In this document: positions 49,880-59,997 of the stretch, one piece after another | Layout: every line of letters begins with the position of its first letter | How positions within the stretch are numbered: position 1 is the first letter of the stretch | Origin: Candidatus Hydrogenedentota bacterium | GTDB taxonomy: Bacteria > Hydrogenedentota > Hydrogenedentia > Hydrogenedentales > SLHB01 | Assembly: GCA_045863295.1 (NCBI GenBank) | Contig: BTWA01000007.1 | Span: forward strand, 104,469-168,468 | DNA: 64,000 nucleotides | Reading direction: 5' to 3' | Made by a program: the position numbers and the translations under genes | The notes under the pieces: generated by a model | The model's database searches: none | Told to the model about the DNA's origin: nothing | Seen by the model: only the letters and a program-made list of their open reading frames with translations

Positions 49880-51340
49880 ATGAGTCGACACGCTAATCTG
49901 CACTCGGCCATTCAGCGTGAAGTGCTTTCGCGCAGAGGATTCCTGGCGGATTCCTTCAAGGGGCTTGCGGGAGTGGGTCTGACCAGTTTGTTGATGTCGG
50001 ACCTGTTTCGAGCCGGAACCGCTTCGGCCACTGCGAATCTTGCTCCACACTTTGCGCCAAAGGCGAAGCGCGTATTGCAGATATTCTGCCCCGGTGCAGC
50101 TTCCCACATGGATTTGTGGGAACACAAACCGTCGCTCGAGAAGTATCACGACACACCGTTACCCGGCGAAGAGAATATGGTCAGCTTTCAGGGGAAGAAC
50201 GGCAATCTGATGCGGAGTCCCTGGCCGTTTGCTCCATGCGGCGAGAGCGGAAAGACGATCAGTACTTTGCTGCCGCATATGGCGCGACACGTGGACGATA
50301 TTGCGTTTATCCATTCCATGACATCGAAAACCAATACCCACGGGCCGGGCTGCGTGTTTATGAATACCGGCCATGCAACCGAGGGGTTTCCCAGCAACGG
50401 TGCGTGGATAAGCTATGCGCTCGGCAGTGAGAACGAAAACCTGCCTGCTTATGTGTGCATGCCCGATGTTCGCGGTGAGCCGCCCAACGGCAAAGCGAAT
50501 TGGAGTAACGGCTTTCTTCCCGCGGAACACCAAGCCATTGTGTTGGCGGCGCAACAGCCCATTCGCAATTTGAGTACACCGGACATGATTTCGGCCAGCG
50601 AGGAAAATGGCACCCGCGCGTTTTTGAACTTTTTGAATGATCAACACGCAGTGACCCATCCCGGAAACTCGGAGTTGCGGGCGCGCATGGCGGCGTATGA
50701 ATTGGCGGCGCGCATGCAGCTTTCAGCGCCTGAAGTCTCCGATCTGGCTGCGGAGTCTCCATCCATGCATGCCCTTTATGGCACGGATGATCCCAATGCG
50801 TTGAAAGCAGGCTACGCACGCAACTGTCTGCTTGCGCGCCGTTTGTTGGAACGGGGCGTACGGTATGTGAATGTGTATTGCGCTTCGCGAGCTTCCGGTG
50901 TGGACGGTCTCCTGAACTGGGATGCGCACAAGACCCTCAAGACCGATTATGAGAGGCATTGTCCGATATTCGATCAACCCACGGCGGCGCTCCTGACCGA
51001 CCTGAAGCAGCGCGGGATGCTCGACGATACGCTGGTGCTTTGGACGACCGAGTTCGGCCGTATGCCCACGCACCAACAGGGGACGACGGGTCGCGACCAC
51101 AATCCAGATGGGTTTACCTGTTGGATGATGGGGGCTGGTGTGAAGGGCGGGGTGAGTTTTGGCGCCACCGACGAGTTTGGCCGCCGGGCCGAAATAAATC
51201 CGGTGACGGTTTGGGATTTTTACGCGACGGTACTTCAGATTCTGGGTTTCGATCACGAGAAGCTCACATATTACTACAATGGTCTGGACCGCAGGTTGAC
51301 GGACGTACATGGATACGTGATCAAGGATATTCTGGCCTGA
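49880..51340 (+). CDS. DUF1501 domain protein (Tat)
   Basis: SRRGFL; PKAKRVLQIFCPGAASHMD; NWDAH; TEFGRMP; GRDHNP; RLTDVHG. Confidence 0.92.
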   Translation: MSRHANLHSAIQREVLSRRGFLADSFKGLAGVGLTSLLMSDLFRAGTASATANLAPHFAPKAKRVLQIFCPGAASHMDLWEHKPSLEKYHDTPLPGEENMVSFQGKNGNLMRSPWPFAPCGESGKTISTLLPHMARHVDDIAFIHSMTSKTNTHGPGCVFMNTGHATEGFPSNGAWISYALGSENENLPAYVCMPDVRGEPPNGKANWSNGFLPAEHQAIVLAAQQPIRNLSTPDMISASEENGTRAFLNFLNDQHAVTHPGNSELRARMAAYELAARMQLSAPEVSDLAAESPSMHALYGTDDPNALKAGYARNCLLARRLLERGVRYVNVYCASRASGVDGLLNWDAHKTLKTDYERHCPIFDQPTAALLTDLKQRGMLDDTLVLWTTEFGRMPTHQQGTTGRDHNPDGFTCWMMGAGVKGGVSFGATDEFGRRAEINPVTVWDFYATVLQILGFDHEKLTYYYNGLDRRLTDVHGYVIKDILA

Positions 51341-51421
51341 TACGCTTGCCGCAGCTGTCTGATTAGCATCTGTGTCCATTCCAGTTCAAATCGTCTCCAG
51401 ACTTACAGGAAGTGGCTCTTT

Positions 51422-53323
51422 ATGAGTTTCAGTCATCGGTTTGCACTTGTGTTGCTTTTGTGCCTGATTCCGGTTGTTCCAGCGCTGTCAGACGTATTTC
51501 AAACAATTGGCATTCCCGTTCGTAAGGCTGGACTGATGGGGGTCCTGGTGGGGCCGGGTCCTGTGGACGGGTCCGAGCGCATCTATTTTAATTTTCGTCA
51601 AGATGGCGGAAAGTTGTTCCTTGTTTCGGTGGATCCAGTTACTGGATCGTCCGAGCAATACAAATCTCCGGTGGGTACGGGTGCCTGGGGATTTATCGTT
51701 GGTCCCGATGGACGTATATACCTGGGTACCCATGAAGGGCCGGATGAAGGTGACAGTGGACAAATCCTGGTATTCGATCCGAAGCAACCGGAGAAGCAGA
51801 TACAGATCGTGGGCCGGCCTTCGTCGACGGAGACCTACCTTTGGCAATTCTGCATTGGGGATGACGGTAAAATCTATGCAGGCACGTATCCTGGAGCAAA
51901 AGTGGTCTCATTCGATCCCGCCACGGGTACCATGGCGGATCACGGAGTCATGGACGAATCACAGAAGTACACGCGCAATTTGAGCGCTGGCCGGGATGGA
52001 CGGATCTATCTTGGTATTGGATACGGAAAGGCCAATGTAGTGGCCTTTGATCCAGCGTCTGGCACACATGAATCGATATTGCCGGAGCTGTATCGTACAG
52101 ACCCTGCACAAACGACTGCGTCGGTATGGAAAGGTGTTGATGGCAATGTATATGTGTCTGCACATCGCATGGAAGGAGACGGCGAACAGCGAAAACCCGT
52201 GGGTGTGACGCTGAAGGTAGAGGGCGATTCGGTCGTGGAAGTTACGGATGCGCCCGCAACGGTGAACAACAGGACTCTGTCGAACGGTACGATCGTAAGC
52301 AACGCCACATTGGATGGCACCTATGAGTTGATATCTGCTGGTGGTCAGGTCGAAAAGCGATCATTCAAATACGCTGGGGATGGGGCCGGTCTGTTTATCG
52401 TAGAGAACGGGCCCCTGGGCCGAATCTATGGCGGCACGTTTATGCCGAATGAGATGTTCTGGTACGACCCGGCGACCGGCGAACTGCAGAACCCGGGCAA
52501 TCCAAGCGAAGTATCCGGGGAGATATATTCCATCCTTGAACACAACGGCTTGGTGTACACGTGTTCCTATCCGGGTTCGTTTTTGTCCAAATGGAATCCA
52601 CTTGGGCCATGGAATTACGGAAGAGAAGCAGATTCCAATCCGAAAGGATTTGGTCCATTGGGGAGAGGGCATCTGCGGCCGCGTGCGATGATTCATGGCC
52701 CTGGCGGCTCTATCTACATCGGCAGTTACCCGGAGTATGGCATGCACGGCGGCTCTATGGCCGTCTGGGATCCGGTAACCGATACACTGCTTCAGAATCA
52801 CCACCACCTGATTAAGAATCAGTCCATCATCAGTCTGATATTCGATGAGAAGTCCGGTCTTGTGTTTGGGGGCACGAGCACCCAAGGTGGAGGAGGGACC
52901 GAGCCGATTGAGCCGGAGGCGAAGTTTTTTGCATTTAGTCCGGATATGCAGTCGTTGGCCATGGAGCAGGTGCCCGTTAAGGGAGCAGAGTACATTCGAT
53001 CCATGTGTTTGCTAGGACGAAGAATATACGGAATTGCCAATGCGGACACCTTATTCATTTACAATATCGACGAGAAGACGATTGTGGAGACGGGGAGTAT
53101 CGGAGTCGGAAGTGTACTTGATTGTTCCCTGCGTGTTTGGAAAGACGGCGGGATTTATGGTGTTGCGAAGAATTCCGTGTTTCAGCTTGATACGGAATCA
53201 AATAAGGCCAGGGTCTTGGCGGAGTACCCAGAGTCCATTCGCTGCGGAATGGCCGTGGACGACTACGGCATCTACTTTGGCGTTCGAGCTGAACTGATTC
53301 GATACAATTGGCCAGATTCGTGA
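51422..53323 (+). CDS. Secreted double beta-propeller protein
   Basis: Signal peptide; repeats GPDGRIYLGT, GDDGKIYAGTY, GPLGRIYGGT, GPGGSIYIGSY. Confidence 0.8.
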   Translation: MSFSHRFALVLLLCLIPVVPALSDVFQTIGIPVRKAGLMGVLVGPGPVDGSERIYFNFRQDGGKLFLVSVDPVTGSSEQYKSPVGTGAWGFIVGPDGRIYLGTHEGPDEGDSGQILVFDPKQPEKQIQIVGRPSSTETYLWQFCIGDDGKIYAGTYPGAKVVSFDPATGTMADHGVMDESQKYTRNLSAGRDGRIYLGIGYGKANVVAFDPASGTHESILPELYRTDPAQTTASVWKGVDGNVYVSAHRMEGDGEQRKPVGVTLKVEGDSVVEVTDAPATVNNRTLSNGTIVSNATLDGTYELISAGGQVEKRSFKYAGDGAGLFIVENGPLGRIYGGTFMPNEMFWYDPATGELQNPGNPSEVSGEIYSILEHNGLVYTCSYPGSFLSKWNPLGPWNYGREADSNPKGFGPLGRGHLRPRAMIHGPGGSIYIGSYPEYGMHGGSMAVWDPVTDTLLQNHHHLIKNQSIISLIFDEKSGLVFGGTSTQGGGGTEPIEPEAKFFAFSPDMQSLAMEQVPVKGAEYIRSMCLLGRRIYGIANADTLFIYNIDEKTIVETGSIGVGSVLDCSLRVWKDGGIYGVAKNSVFQLDTESNKARVLAEYPESIRCGMAVDDYGIYFGVRAELIRYNWPDS

Positions 53324-53362
53324 TGCAAAGTGCATTCCGAAGGTATGGAAGCGTAGCCAGAA

Positions 53363-55987
53363 ATGCGGGGGAATACCATGCTGCATGCACGGGGCATCGT
53401 GAAGACATTGTGGACGGTGGCTGTGGCGCTATGGGGGTCTACTTGTCTGTGTGAAGAGTTTCGCCATATCCACATCCAATTGGGGCAGGATTCGGGTGCA
53501 ATTGAAGAGCGGACTGCCGCATTGCTCAAAGAGAGGTTGACTGAATCTGGCGGTGGTAAAGTTACCATTGGGCATGATGCGATTGCAGATACAGGCGAAC
53601 GGGCGTTGCTGGTTCTTTTTGGCGTTGCCGGAAACCACGCTGAAATCGGGAAACGATTTGAGAGTGCTCGGATCGCCTCTGTAACTGATCGGGACCCTGG
53701 CCCCGAGGGATTCCATATCAAGTGTATGGACTCACACGTGTTGGTAGCGGCTGCTGCTGACAACCGAGGCTCGCTATATGCGGTGGGCGAATTGCTCCGT
53801 CGCATACGCATTCTTCCCAACTCATTTGAAGTACCGTTGACGCTTGATGTGCGTACGGCGCCTGCATTCGAGATTCGAGGCACACAATTCGGGCAAAGTG
53901 GAGTGGCCAAAAACCTCGCCAAGGTGCGCGATTGGACGGAGGCCGAAACACAACGAGCCATTTTGGACGATGCCCTAGCCGGAGCCAATACCTTTGACGT
54001 GAATCGGGGGCCATTATTCGACTTCCTTAAATCATTTGACCTGCTTACCCAAGACAGTTACGGGCCCAATATTGGCAGCGGTCCGGATGAATGGCTGGCG
54101 GAGGAGTCGATTGGCCGAACGGGATATCTTTGCCCATCAGTTCCGGAAGCCCGTCAGGCCTTGTTGGATAAGGCGGAGGCCTACTTCAGCGGAGGCGCAC
54201 CTTTTGACCTAATCAAATTTGTTGGGGGCGACGGCGGCGGATGCGAGTGCGACAAGTGCGATCCCTACGGACTCACCTTCATTCTGTTGTGTGAGGACAT
54301 GGCGAAGACCGTGCACAAGTACGGACCCAACACCCGCATCTGGTTTACGAATCAGAAATTTGATGATGCCGACGATCAGGCCATTTTTAAGTACTTGCAG
54401 GAAGAGCCGCGCGAGTGGTTGTGGGCATGGGGCTACGGACCGGGATCAGACGCCATGAGTTGGCAACCCGGTCACCGACAAACGCATCGGATGGACTTGT
54501 TTCGATATCCTGGGTTCGGCCCGTTTGATCGATATAACCAGGAAATCATACACCAACTGCCTCCACAGCAGACGCTTCTCCATTACAATGAACTGACGCA
54601 TTGGCGCTATTCGCAACACGGATATGTGCAAATGTATCCGCGCCCGGACAAGAACGGGGATCTGCCACCGTGGCAAAATCATTTTATTTACGAGAGGCGT
54701 CCAGACCAGGCGCTTACCATGGTGTATGATCGGCTGACATTTTACGCGTGGCCTCGTTTCTATCATTGGTTATTCGGTGAAATAAACCGGTATGGCGTCG
54801 GCGATGTCACGCACTCCAGTGGTCACCACGATCATTTTAACCAGTGGATGTGGCAGCGCCTGTTATGGGCGCCGCAGACATCCGTGGATGATGTGGTGAA
54901 AGAGTATTGCGAGGCCTGGTTTGGCGAGGCGGCCGCGCCAAGCATGGCGCAGGCACTCTTCCAATTGGAGGAAAACCTGGAAGAGAATCCAAACACACCG
55001 ATCACGGAGAAGTCCGGGATTGATCGATACTACGATCTGGTCGCTGAGGCTGGAAAGACCATGCCTCCCCACCTGATGAAGAACAACTGGATTTGGCGCG
55101 AGTACATGCAAAAGGGTGCGCTCGACAAGTACGTTAAACTCAAAGTCGCTCAACAGACAGCATTGCAGGCGGAAATCGAAGAGGACATGTCGAATGCTGT
55201 CAAATCCGCCGATCCTGACCTGGCCGTTCGAGAAGCCTTGCAGAAGTTTGGTGAGATGAAAGAGACACCGGCGATGGTACGCCTTCGGGAAGAGGCGGGT
55301 GTACTCGGTGAGGAAAGCAATACGTTATTCGGCGTAAGGAATGAAGGGTACTTTAATCTTGAGCATGATTTCATAGGGTTGGGCTGGCTGAAGCGGCAGT
55401 TGGAGCGATCTCTTGATGCCAAAGATCGGAAGACGAAGGCCGAGTTGCTGGGCATGATTGTGGACTACGAGAATCCTGGAGAAGGCGGATTTTACGACAA
55501 TTTGGGAACATACAACCCTTGCCCGAACGTTATTAACGGATCTCCTTACGATCATGGCCAGCCTTTTGTCGCGGGCATGCTTGACGAAGGCAACAGGCCC
55601 AGCCAGAAGTCCATGCATAGCACACAGGAACAAGCGCAAGGCGTGACGCTGCGTTACCGCAATCTAGATCCCAAAGCCGCATACCGCATACGTCTCACCC
55701 TGGTACGCCCTTGGTTTCAGGAGCGGTATGCCATGCGTATGAACCAGAAGTCGCAAACCATTTATGCGGACGATACCGTTCTGGCGAAGGATGTTGAACT
55801 GCCGCTGCAAATGAGCGATTTTTTCACGTATGATATTCCGATGGCGGCCACTAAGGATGGCGAACTCGTGATTCGAATGGAGAAAGCGCCGGACATGGCG
55901 AACGGCGATCGTGTCTCGGTGGAGCAATGGCGCAATTCCGGGGGATGGGGTACGCTGTTGTCCGAGGCTTGGCTTATCAAGAAGTGA
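53363..55987 (+). CDS. Secreted glycoside-hydrolase-like protein (GH20/GH67-type N-domain plus TIM barrel); start may be 53378
   Basis: GPEGFHI...DNRGSLYAVGELLR; PAFEIRG; GGDGGGCECDKC. Confidence 0.7.
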   Translation: MRGNTMLHARGIVKTLWTVAVALWGSTCLCEEFRHIHIQLGQDSGAIEERTAALLKERLTESGGGKVTIGHDAIADTGERALLVLFGVAGNHAEIGKRFESARIASVTDRDPGPEGFHIKCMDSHVLVAAAADNRGSLYAVGELLRRIRILPNSFEVPLTLDVRTAPAFEIRGTQFGQSGVAKNLAKVRDWTEAETQRAILDDALAGANTFDVNRGPLFDFLKSFDLLTQDSYGPNIGSGPDEWLAEESIGRTGYLCPSVPEARQALLDKAEAYFSGGAPFDLIKFVGGDGGGCECDKCDPYGLTFILLCEDMAKTVHKYGPNTRIWFTNQKFDDADDQAIFKYLQEEPREWLWAWGYGPGSDAMSWQPGHRQTHRMDLFRYPGFGPFDRYNQEIIHQLPPQQTLLHYNELTHWRYSQHGYVQMYPRPDKNGDLPPWQNHFIYERRPDQALTMVYDRLTFYAWPRFYHWLFGEINRYGVGDVTHSSGHHDHFNQWMWQRLLWAPQTSVDDVVKEYCEAWFGEAAAPSMAQALFQLEENLEENPNTPITEKSGIDRYYDLVAEAGKTMPPHLMKNNWIWREYMQKGALDKYVKLKVAQQTALQAEIEEDMSNAVKSADPDLAVREALQKFGEMKETPAMVRLREEAGVLGEESNTLFGVRNEGYFNLEHDFIGLGWLKRQLERSLDAKDRKTKAELLGMIVDYENPGEGGFYDNLGTYNPCPNVINGSPYDHGQPFVAGMLDEGNRPSQKSMHSTQEQAQGVTLRYRNLDPKAAYRIRLTLVRPWFQERYAMRMNQKSQTIYADDTVLAKDVELPLQMSDFFTYDIPMAATKDGELVIRMEKAPDMANGDRVSVEQWRNSGGWGTLLSEAWLIKK

Positions 55988-55994
55988 ACCGAGT

Positions 55995-57521
55995 TCAGCC
56001 CTTCCAGCCGCCTGTCAGTAGGGGAAACTCTGTCACGGCTTTGTATGGTTCGCTGTAATCGCCACCTTGGTGGCTGTGCCGGCACGATGCGAGAAATTGC
56101 CGCAGGTACTCTCTTTGTTCAGACACGTAGTCCGGTTTTGACGCTGCGAGATTGTTTGCTTCCTGCTCGTCTTCAAGTACATCGTACAATTGATCTTCCG
56201 TTCCGGAATTCGACAAGTTGGTCAAAAACTTGTATCGATCTCCAATGGTTCCCAATGTAGGTGAGCCGGCCATTCCGCGTTCGGAATCCAGGAAGAACAA
56301 AGGAATAATTTTGTCTCTTTCGACGACCTTGCCACTCAAGGCAGGCATCAGGCTGATTCCGTCAATCGGGCGGACGTCTGGCATGACGTAGCCCAAGAGA
56401 TCGCACAGCGTGGGGAGGTAATCCAAGGTGCTGCATGGGGTCGCAACCGTAGACCCGGCTTCGATCCTGCCAGGCCACTTCGCGAAGGCCGGAACCGTAA
56501 TCCCGCCTGAGTACAAACTGCGCTTGCGGCCGCGCAAGTGAGCCGTTGAGCCATGGAACCGGCTTACCGGGTCGTCATCGCCGGACCCTTCGGGCCCATT
56601 GTCAGAGGCAAACAAAACAAAAGTATTTTGATCGACGCCAAGCTCGGTTAGCAGTTTGTTGATGCGTCCAACCTGTTCGTCCATGGCTGTGATACTGCCA
56701 AAATAATGCTGTGCGCCTTCGGGGTGGTCTGCATACATTGCTCTGTAGTCAGGTCCGGCAACGACGGGTGCATGCGGTGTGTGAAACCAGATTGTTGCCA
56801 TAAACGGAACGCCTTGGGACAGCGTAGTGCGAAAGAACGGTTCCACGCGGTCAATAATTACTCGGGCATCGTCGCCGTCCAAGTTTTCCGTTACGCGCTT
56901 GCCTTGTTCATTCCAATAGGCGGAGCGCCAGCGGGTGCCGGGCGTGCCCCATAGATTATTGCCTTCCGCCGGCGTGAGGCCTGGATTCCACGTCGGGACG
57001 AGTGCCTCCGTGCAAAAGCACGTGTCGTATCCGTGGTCCCATGGAGGCGAATAGAATTCAGGGTGATCCGGTCCCCCTCGATTGCCATCTTTTTCCGTGG
57101 TTGACATCGTACCCAGATGCCATTTGCCGAAATGCCCAGTCCGGTATCCGGCATACCTGCAGATTTCAGCAATGGTAATTTCTTGCCGAGGCAGGCAGCC
57201 TTCATTAGCATGCATGACTCCCAGACGCGCGTGGTGACGTCCCGTGAGACACGTAGCGCGCGTGGGGGAACAAACAGGGCTACCAGAATAGAATCGGGTA
57301 AACCTGGCGCCTTCCGCGCAGAGGCGGTCCAGATTGGGTGTACGAATTTCGGAATTACCATTGAATCCGGTATCACCAAACCCCAAATCGTCGCACATAA
57401 TCAGTAGGAGATTCGGCGTTTTGTTTGCACCAGAAGTCCCTTGGGCACCAAGCGTACCGAAGCTCAACGCCGTTGCCTGAAACATGGCTTGGAGAAACGA
57501 TCGGCGCGACGTGCGACTCAT
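55995..57521 (-). CDS. Tat-exported Cys-type sulfatase (arylsulfatase A family)
   Basis: SRRSFL; DDLG; CSPTR; GKWHLG; SDNG; GRKRSLYSGG. Confidence 0.93.
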   Translation of the reverse strand: MSRTSRRSFLQAMFQATALSFGTLGAQGTSGANKTPNLLLIMCDDLGFGDTGFNGNSEIRTPNLDRLCAEGARFTRFYSGSPVCSPTRATCLTGRHHARLGVMHANEGCLPRQEITIAEICRYAGYRTGHFGKWHLGTMSTTEKDGNRGGPDHPEFYSPPWDHGYDTCFCTEALVPTWNPGLTPAEGNNLWGTPGTRWRSAYWNEQGKRVTENLDGDDARVIIDRVEPFFRTTLSQGVPFMATIWFHTPHAPVVAGPDYRAMYADHPEGAQHYFGSITAMDEQVGRINKLLTELGVDQNTFVLFASDNGPEGSGDDDPVSRFHGSTAHLRGRKRSLYSGGITVPAFAKWPGRIEAGSTVATPCSTLDYLPTLCDLLGYVMPDVRPIDGISLMPALSGKVVERDKIIPLFFLDSERGMAGSPTLGTIGDRYKFLTNLSNSGTEDQLYDVLEDEQEANNLAASKPDYVSEQREYLRQFLASCRHSHQGGDYSEPYKAVTEFPLLTGGWKG

Positions 57522-57611
57522 GAAAGACTCCACCGTTGTTATAGGGTCTAAATAGTTGTTGCTTTCGCGTACTTGATTGTACACGTCACGGCGGTCGGCA
57601 GTGAAGGGTCG

Positions 57612-59993
57612 TCAAACCCTGTCCAGCAACTCGCGCACTTTGCTGGCCAGTACTTGAGGTGAGAAGGGTTTCTGAATAAAATCGGCTTCTGCGGTGGAAA
57701 TACCTCGCAACAATACAGCGTCATTGGTGTAGCCCGACATATACAACACCTTGGTGTCTGGCCGCGATTCCATGAGGATTTCCACCATTTCGCGCCCATT
57801 CAGCTCGGGCATAATCACATCCGTCAATACAAGATGAATGTGGCCTTGAAAATCCGCGGCTACTTTGACTGCCTCAGTTCCGTTACGTGCTTTTAGAACC
57901 GTGTAGCCGCAGGTTTCCAGAATGCGTTGAGTCAGCGCGAGCACGGTGCTTTCGTCCTCAACGAGAAGCACTGTTTCAGTACCGACTGCCATACGAGTGC
58001 GTTTAGGCGTCCTTATTGCCGATTCTGCCGCCGTACCTGCCGCTGGCAGATAGATGGTAAATACCGTTCCAATTCCCACTTCACTTTGAGTTTGTATATG
58101 CCCGTTACACTGTTTAACAATTCCATACACTGTAGATAGACCTAGGCCCGTACCTTCTCCTGGGCTTTTTGTCGAATAGTAAGGCTCGAATACGTGTTCC
58201 ATTACTTCCTGTGTCATGCCGCACCCTGTATCCCTGACCTCCAAAATCACATACGAACCTGGTTTCAAGTCCATCATGGGTACTATTGCAGACCCAATGT
58301 TCACATTAGCCGTCTCCAAAACGATAGTCCCGCCTTTGGGCATGGCATCTCGTGCGTTTACCACTAGATTCATCACGATCTGCTCCAATTGTCCCGCGTC
58401 CGCGAGTATCTTGTCCAGAGCCGGCTCCAGCTTGGTCACCAGTGTGATATGTTCGCCCACTAGGCGGCGTAACAGGTCGTCCAGATCCTGAATCAAGGTA
58501 TTCAAGTTGAGGATCTTATATTCCACAACCTGTTTTCGGCTGAACGCGAGCAACTGTTTGGTGAGCGAGGCGGCGCGCGTGCCGGACTTGGAGATGGTTG
58601 CTATTAGCTCAATCTGGTCGGGGCTCAGGCCTTCCGAGCCGAGTAGTACATCGCAACATCCCGTAATGATCATAATGAGGTTATTAAAATCATGAGCTAC
58701 TCCCCCTGCCAGTTTGCCAATTGCTTCGATCTTTTGGCTTCTGCGCAATTCCTCTTCCAGGCGCTTTCGCTCCATGCCCACGGCAATCGTGTGGGCTATT
58801 GACACGAGTCCATCGAACAGGCTGTCTGCGATTTCACGCTGGGTAAAGATGGCGAGCATCCCGAGCAGCCGGCCCTCCACGACAAGGGGAATTCCCGCGA
58901 AATCGTTGAAGTTCCCACCAACCAGCCCATAGATGGCGTGAAACTCAGAATCGAGCATGGGGTGATGAATGTGATCTGCCCGCCTCCGTTCGGCGATGCG
59001 CCCTATGGGGGTCTCGCCGACGGCAATCAAAGAATCGGAGGTCTGGCACGATTCCCACAAGCCCGAACTGCAGACGTGTTGCAGAGTATTGCATGACGCC
59101 TTGACAGTCCATAAGCGTACTAGCTCTGCATTTAGATTTCGGGCGATGGACTCGAGACAAAGCTTTACCATCCCATCGGCTGTAATAGCCTGAGTGACAG
59201 CAAGCGAAACGTCCTCGTTCATGGAGGCAATGGCGCCGAGCCGGCTGCCGGATTGATCCCGAAAAACCGACACAATACCGTTGGGCCGAGCCCGCTCGTC
59301 CCGAATGCAACTTGAAGTTGTATCGATGGGGACCGCCACATTGTCACGATTGATGAGTACCGTACTTTCCGCAAGATGCACGATCGGCCCTTCGCTTACG
59401 TCATCAATGGCGATCGGTGTTCCATTGGAGCGGTGAGACAGCCGAAGTACCTCATGTAGCCGGCGTCCCACTGCCTGCTGGCGGTTCCACGCGGTTATGG
59501 ATTCCGCTCCGCGATTCATGAGCGTAATGCGTCCATCGTTGTCGGTGGCAATCACAGCGTCGGCCGGCTCTGCGATACTGTCCGCAAACCACTGTTCGAC
59601 CCTCCGCAGACGTGTCTCCATCCGGTGCCGGTATAGCGCAATTTCGATATTGGCTCGCAGTTCACGTTCGGAAAACGGCTTCACAATATAGGCGAAAGGC
59701 TCGGTAACCTTGGCCCGTTCGAGCGTCTTGTCGTCGGTATACGCGGTTACATAGATTACGGGGACTTGGCGCCGGATTTTTATTTCCGAGGCCGCTTCAA
59801 TTCCATCCAAGTCGCCTTTCAACACGATGTCCATCAATACCAAATCGGGATTCAGCATGTCCGCAAGTTGGATAGCTTCCACGCCCGAACCAGCGACGGC
59901 ACATACTTCATAGCCCATGCCTCGCAGACGCGTCTCCAGTTCTCGCGCGATGATAATCTCATCGTCGACTATCAGGATGCGTGAGGTGGACAT
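57612..59993 (-). CDS. Cytoplasmic hybrid kinase REC-PAS-GAF-HisKA-HATPase-REC
   Basis: LVLMDIVLKGDLDG; PAS; GAF (FAGIPLVVEGRLLG); GVAHDFNN; NARDAM; GTGLGL; C-terminal REC. Confidence 0.94.
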   Translation of the reverse strand: MSTSRILIVDDEIIIARELETRLRGMGYEVCAVAGSGVEAIQLADMLNPDLVLMDIVLKGDLDGIEAASEIKIRRQVPVIYVTAYTDDKTLERAKVTEPFAYIVKPFSERELRANIEIALYRHRMETRLRRVEQWFADSIAEPADAVIATDNDGRITLMNRGAESITAWNRQQAVGRRLHEVLRLSHRSNGTPIAIDDVSEGPIVHLAESTVLINRDNVAVPIDTTSSCIRDERARPNGIVSVFRDQSGSRLGAIASMNEDVSLAVTQAITADGMVKLCLESIARNLNAELVRLWTVKASCNTLQHVCSSGLWESCQTSDSLIAVGETPIGRIAERRRADHIHHPMLDSEFHAIYGLVGGNFNDFAGIPLVVEGRLLGMLAIFTQREIADSLFDGLVSIAHTIAVGMERKRLEEELRRSQKIEAIGKLAGGVAHDFNNLIMIITGCCDVLLGSEGLSPDQIELIATISKSGTRAASLTKQLLAFSRKQVVEYKILNLNTLIQDLDDLLRRLVGEHITLVTKLEPALDKILADAGQLEQIVMNLVVNARDAMPKGGTIVLETANVNIGSAIVPMMDLKPGSYVILEVRDTGCGMTQEVMEHVFEPYYSTKSPGEGTGLGLSTVYGIVKQCNGHIQTQSEVGIGTVFTIYLPAAGTAAESAIRTPKRTRMAVGTETVLLVEDESTVLALTQRILETCGYTVLKARNGTEAVKVAADFQGHIHLVLTDVIMPELNGREMVEILMESRPDTKVLYMSGYTNDAVLLRGISTAEADFIQKPFSPQVLASKVRELLDRV

Positions 59994-59997
59994 GGTG

